From Candidatus Altiarchaeota archaeon (GTDB lineage Archaea; SpSt-1190), in NCBI GenBank assembly GCA_030590165.1, contig JAUUZA010000002.1, forward strand, positions 1 through 55,466: a stretch of DNA of 55,466 nucleotides, in the 5' to 3' direction. Numbering within the stretch: position 1 is the first letter of the stretch; the number at the start of each line of letters is the position of its first letter. The position numbers and the translations under genes were made by a program. Below, in pieces: positions 51,177-55,466 of this stretch. Under the pieces are notes generated by a model. The model did no database searches. It was not told the origin of the DNA and worked only from the letters and a program-made list of their open reading frames with translations.

Positions 51177-52853
51177 ATGAAGGAACAAACTCGTCTTTTT
51201 TTGATTCTTGCTTTCCCTTTTTTTTTATTTGGGGCTTATTCTTTATTACAAAGTATTGAATCTGACTCTTTTGTTTCAAATTATGATTTAACAATTAATG
51301 TCTTAAGTGACAAAATCGAAGTAACAGAAAATTTAACATATACACTTGCTTCAAACAGATTTAGAGAATTATATCGAACTTATGATAAAATTGGTCCACA
51401 AAAAAATTTGTATGTTACTTCTTTTTATTGTCCCATCGGCTCTATTTTTAGTGCTCCCGCTTATAATACTTATTTTGAACTAATCTGTAAAAAAGAAAAT
51501 TATTATGATGTTGGCGAGCATGAAATTTCTTTTTCATACGAAATTCCTTCACCTTATGTTTGTTACGACGATTATTGTGAATTATTCTGGACAATTATGA
51601 ATAACTTTGGTTCTAAAATTGAAGATGTAACAATAAACGTGAATGGCAATATTTTTGACCTGAGTTCTTTCCCAAATGGACAAATTCAAAACAACAACAT
51701 TTTAATTAAAACAATTCCAAAAGAATCAATATTCGAAATTAGAATTTTAATCCCGAGAGAAAACATAGAAAGTTCTTATCAAACAAAACCAGGGGAAATA
51801 TTACCTGAATTTAAAAAATATTCAAATTATTCACGATTCTACACTTTTTTATATAATTATAGATTAACAATAATTTTCTCAATGATTAGTTTAACTGCTT
51901 TTTTATTATATAACTTATTCACTAGAAGCGGACGAGAAAAAGAAGTTAGGGGTATTCCTGATGTACTTCACTATGCTCCCTCAAAACTCAAACCATATGA
52001 GGTCGACTTTTTATTCAGCGGGAATATTGGGGCATTTGAAGGAGATGTAATTGATGCCACACTTCTTGATTTAATAAAGAGAGGGTATTTAAAAATTAAA
52101 GGAAACACAATTGAAATTCTAAAAGTAAGTGATTCAACATTAAACACATTTGAAAAACGTATCATTAATTTTTATGCCAAATATGCAGAAAACAACATAT
52201 TTGACGCAAAAGCATTCAAAAAACAAGTTTCAAAAATGTCACAATTTAAAGCAAAAATGATTCTAAATGAATTGAATGAATTAAGAAACCCAACTAAAGA
52301 TTTATTCCAAAAATTAAAAGATATCTTTAATACAAAACCGAAAAAAACAGCCGTAACAATTCTTGGATTTTTTGGAGTTCTTTCACTCTTTATTTTATTA
52401 ATTTCAATAGGTTTGAACTTGATGTATTTACCACAACTCTCTTTAACTCTTTTAATAATCTATTCACTCTGGACTTTTGTCTTAATTAAATTAGATGACT
52501 ATGTTTTTGGGAAATATAAAGAAGACGTAATTGAAGAAAAATTGAAATGGGATGCTTTTAAAAATTTATTTAAAAATTATTCAATGATTGAAAAATATAA
52601 ACCACAAGATATTTCAATGTGGGGTGATTGGTTAAGTTATGCCACTGTTTTTGGTCTTGCTAAAAATGTTATTAAAATAATGAAAAAACATAAAATCGCC
52701 TTACCAAATATAGATGACCCAATACGAGTTTCAAGAATTAATCGATTAATATGGAGTACAACAAGAATTGCAGCAACACCAAAAAGTTCATCAAGTGGAT
52801 TCTCAGGTGGAATTGGTGGTGGGTTTGGTGGAGGAGGGGGAGGCGCGAGATAA
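51177..52853 (+). CDS. DUF2207-domain membrane protein
   Basis: Signal, extracellular domain, TM cluster and a Gly-rich C-terminus GGIGGGFGGGGGGAR. Immediately follows lemA, which is the usual LemA/DUF2207 pair. Confidence 0.7.
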   Translation: MKEQTRLFLILAFPFFLFGAYSLLQSIESDSFVSNYDLTINVLSDKIEVTENLTYTLASNRFRELYRTYDKIGPQKNLYVTSFYCPIGSIFSAPAYNTYFELICKKENYYDVGEHEISFSYEIPSPYVCYDDYCELFWTIMNNFGSKIEDVTINVNGNIFDLSSFPNGQIQNNNILIKTIPKESIFEIRILIPRENIESSYQTKPGEILPEFKKYSNYSRFYTFLYNYRLTIIFSMISLTAFLLYNLFTRSGREKEVRGIPDVLHYAPSKLKPYEVDFLFSGNIGAFEGDVIDATLLDLIKRGYLKIKGNTIEILKVSDSTLNTFEKRIINFYAKYAENNIFDAKAFKKQVSKMSQFKAKMILNELNELRNPTKDLFQKLKDIFNTKPKKTAVTILGFFGVLSLFILLISIGLNLMYLPQLSLTLLIIYSLWTFVLIKLDDYVFGKYKEDVIEEKLKWDAFKNLFKNYSMIEKYKPQDISMWGDWLSYATVFGLAKNVIKIMKKHKIALPNIDDPIRVSRINRLIWSTTRIAATPKSSSSGFSGGIGGGFGGGGGGAR

Positions 52854-55013
52854 TTAATTCATTAAAATTGTTTTAATTCTTTCATAAACTTCTGGATATT
52901 TAATTGGATTTAAAAGGTCATTATGTAAACTTATTTTTAATGCGTCATTACATGAACCCATAACATAAGTTAAATTAGCATACTCCAATTCAGCAGAACT
53001 AATTTGAACAACACCATCTCCATCAAATCCACCAGTATCACAACCTTTACCAATAATAACATTGAAAGGAATTTCTGGTTTAAATCTTTCAAGTCGTTTT
53101 AAGAAAACACTATCCAATTTCATATCCCTACATGCTTTCTTATCACCTAAATAACCACAAAAACTTTCAATTTTACCAGCAACACCCTTATTTGGGGTAG
53201 CAATAAGAATAACACTCTCAACTTTATCTTCTCCAAAAAGCATAAGATAATTCTGAACAACAAGACCACCCATTGAATGTGCCACTATTCTTACTTTATT
53301 AACGCCAGTTTGCAAACGAACAGTATCAATTACTTCCTTAAGTCTTATTGAATAACTTTCAATTCCCTCTTCCTTCATTATGTTTTCAACTAAACTATTT
53401 GCATCATAATAAAGAGCATAATAAAATGTTGCACTAACCCCAACAGGAATTGACATTTCAGACCAATACCATTCACCAGTTGAAGTATAATCAATATCCC
53501 CAACATTAATGATTACCCCCTCTTCACTCAACTTTTTTTGTATCTCAAAGAAAGCATCAATTGAGCTCTCAGGTAAATCATTTTTATTCATTGAATGTCC
53601 ATGGATAAACACGACAGGATAATTATCTTGTTTAATTGAACATTCACTACATTCACCAAATATACAACACTTTCTAATTGGTTCACTAATCTCAATTGAA
53701 TTATATTTGAACTTAGTGAGGTTTAGTAAAATCTTAGTATAATTTGTCAACGAATTAAATTCAAACCCCTTTGTTTTATTACAAAAATTGGGGGAAAGAT
53801 TGGGTAACAATATATATCTAAAATATTCAGATAAATTTAATCCAACCACATTCAAAAGACTGGAGTTACCTATAATGAGGTGAGTCTTATTTTGAGTAAC
53901 AATAAATAAGGAATTATTAATAAACTCAATTATTTTTGAAAAATTTTCAGAGTTGTTAATTTTCAAATTAGAATTATGAAACTCAGTTTTATTCTGTAAA
54001 ATTATCGCATTTTGACAAAGGTCTCCAGTTAAATTAAAAGAGTTTAAACCAGAAAGTAAATTATATTGAGCCCTTAAATCCTCATTAAACTCAAACTCCG
54101 TTACATTCAAATCAAAAGAATAATTAACAAAAAAAGAATTTAAAATCAACGAAGGTTCTAAAGAAACAATACTTTCAAAAGTGCTCAAATTTAAAATTTT
54201 TAATGTTTGATAAAGACTCTTTATCTCACCACTCTTTTCAGGTTCTTCTTTCAAATAAAAATTATACACATCAGAAAATGATTCACTTGAAAAAATCTGA
54301 AGATACTCTATATTTTGATTGTATTTGCTTAATGTTAAATTCAATTCAATAAAATTAAGTTCATAATTTGAAAGATTTTCAATTTGCTTTAATAAATTTA
54401 CGGAGTCAGAAAATTCCTGATTATAAAAAACTTTCAAACTTTCATTAAACAACTCAAAAGCATACTCAAGATTTTTTCTCAGATCAAAATTAAGTGGAAT
54501 TTTATTATTAATTAAATTAACGGTGTACTTACTCAAGTTTCTAAAATATTCAGCTTTATTTAAATAATAATGAACCTTCTCAAGATTCTCACGTGCAAAT
54601 TTCAAATTTGAAGTTTCAATTAAATTATAATTCTTATTAATTGTCACTAAAGCATATCGAGATTTAATTTGTTCATCTGTCCTACATAAAAAACTACGAA
54701 TATTTTTACACTTAGTTTCAAAATAAATTAAATTTTGTCCGTTACCTTTAATACTCAAATCAATAGAGTAATTTTTCATAAAATTTTTATTTTTTAACAA
54801 AATAAAAGATTCATTTGAAATCACCTTTCCATTAAAAGTATCACTTAAAGTAAAACTACACTCAGTTTCACAAAACTTAAAATTATTCAATCTAATTTCA
54901 AACATTAAAGGAAGTTTTGTCCCAACAGTCTCAATCATTGATTGACGCGGCTCAATTTCAATTTGTAAATCATCATAGATTAAAAATTTAAGTTGAACCC
55001 CTGTATTAAACAA
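52854..55013 (-). CDS. large surface protein: Asn-rich sequon-dense N-terminal region plus C-terminal lipase/esterase (PGAP1-like alpha/beta hydrolase)
   Basis: C-terminal VVFIHGH, nucleophile elbow IVAHSMGGLV, late GDGVV. The track start is a TTG inside a hydrophobic helix, and the frame is open upstream to 55121 encoding KKLKKHQKSRKLFWFVLGLALFGFI. Confidence 0.6.
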   Translation of the reverse strand: MFNTGVQLKFLIYDDLQIEIEPRQSMIETVGTKLPLMFEIRLNNFKFCETECSFTLSDTFNGKVISNESFILLKNKNFMKNYSIDLSIKGNGQNLIYFETKCKNIRSFLCRTDEQIKSRYALVTINKNYNLIETSNLKFARENLEKVHYYLNKAEYFRNLSKYTVNLINNKIPLNFDLRKNLEYAFELFNESLKVFYNQEFSDSVNLLKQIENLSNYELNFIELNLTLSKYNQNIEYLQIFSSESFSDVYNFYLKEEPEKSGEIKSLYQTLKILNLSTFESIVSLEPSLILNSFFVNYSFDLNVTEFEFNEDLRAQYNLLSGLNSFNLTGDLCQNAIILQNKTEFHNSNLKINNSENFSKIIEFINNSLFIVTQNKTHLIIGNSSLLNVVGLNLSEYFRYILLPNLSPNFCNKTKGFEFNSLTNYTKILLNLTKFKYNSIEISEPIRKCCIFGECSECSIKQDNYPVVFIHGHSMNKNDLPESSIDAFFEIQKKLSEEGVIINVGDIDYTSTGEWYWSEMSIPVGVSATFYYALYYDANSLVENIMKEEGIESYSIRLKEVIDTVRLQTGVNKVRIVAHSMGGLVVQNYLMLFGEDKVESVILIATPNKGVAGKIESFCGYLGDKKACRDMKLDSVFLKRLERFKPEIPFNVIIGKGCDTGGFDGDGVVQISSAELEYANLTYVMGSCNDALKISLHNDLLNPIKYPEVYERIKTILMN

Positions 55014-55240
55014 AATAAACCCAAAAAGAGCTAATCCTAAAACAAACCAAAATAATTTTCTTGACTTTTGGTGTTTCTTTAACTTCTTACTTGATTCTGA
55101 CTTAATTTTAATGATATAACTCTAAGAAAAGGAGAGTTATTAAGATTAATTGAAGTATTCAAAAAAATGAAATAACTGACTTTCACAGCCACAAAATGAA
55201 GATATAAATACTCAAGACGTGAGCAAATTTTAGTGATAAT

Positions 55241-55441
55241 ATGTTTGACAACTACACAAAATGGGCAAATAAAAGCATGAAGAAATTGGACGTAATGGAC
55301 ATAAAATGTATAAAATGGAGTACAGCAGTTTTTACATTAATGTTAGCAAAACTCTTCCCAGTTTTACTTGGCCTTGAATGGTATTGGTATGGTCTTATGG
55401 GAATAATATTCATGTGGAAACCTTTAAAGAAAATATTTTAA
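55241..55441 (+). CDS. small membrane protein
   Basis: 66 aa with two hydrophobic segments. Confidence 0.25.
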   Translation: MFDNYTKWANKSMKKLDVMDIKCIKWSTAVFTLMLAKLFPVLLGLEWYWYGLMGIIFMWKPLKKIF

Positions 55442-55466
55442 TCTTTTTCTTTCTTTTTTCATAATG

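Noticed and set aside
1-55466. CRISPR arrays, rRNA genes, transposases/IS elements, integrases, cas genes
   Set aside because: I saw no regularly spaced direct repeats beyond the coding 3x33-nt repeat and no rRNA-like GC-rich conserved stretches. No ORF has DDE, tyrosine- or serine-recombinase, or Cas motifs recognisable by eye.

Overview
AT-rich (roughly one-third G+C by eye), very gene-dense archaeal chromosomal window read in the standard genetic code. GTG and TTG starts are common. Archaeal identity is shown directly by two HMf-type histones, Topo VI subunit B, an AEP (PriS-type) primase, FEN-1, aIF1A/aIF2-alpha, the L7Ae-S28e-L24e and L44e-S27e ribosomal clusters, Nop10, prefoldin alpha, RIO kinase plus KH protein, a tRNA with a bulge-helix-bulge intron, and a C/D box sRNA. 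Several proteins are compacted: an NG-only FtsY, a fused PriS/PriL-CTD primase, an N-terminally truncated NFACT protein and an SMC with a short hinge. There is almost no biosynthetic content, and there are many small membrane or secreted hypotheticals. Together these suggest a reduced-genome, DPANN-like archaeon, which is an inference. Layout: 1-36.9 kb is an information-processing core. 36.9-50.5 kb is a tRNA-rich variable segment bracketed by two inverted paralogous GT-C-like membrane proteins. It holds tRNA-Trp with an intron, tRNA-Leu, tRNA-Thr plus a duplicated tRNA-Thr 3' half, an HD-nucleotidyltransferase fusion, an orphan DNA methyltransferase cassette and many hypotheticals. 50.6-55 kb holds LemA/DUF2207 and a large sequon-rich surface lipase-like protein. 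I saw no rRNA, CRISPR array, transposase or integrase. Five conserved small genes fall below the ORF-track length cutoff and were found by hand translation: Nop10, S27e, Sec61-beta, L24e and a zinc-ribbon protein. The most notable observations are listed here. (1) A canonical C/D box sRNA whose D-guide is the exact complement of the SSU rRNA 3' anti-Shine-Dalgarno tail. (2) A 44-nt near-perfect duplication of the tRNA-Thr 3' half about 0.7 kb downstream of the gene, which looks like an integration scar. (3) A fused primase whose PriL-like domain has lost three of four Fe-S cysteines. (4) A tRNA-Trp with a 77-nt intron in a textbook hBHBh' fold. I found no compelling multi-gene novel system. 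Candidate oddities are reported with modest scores.
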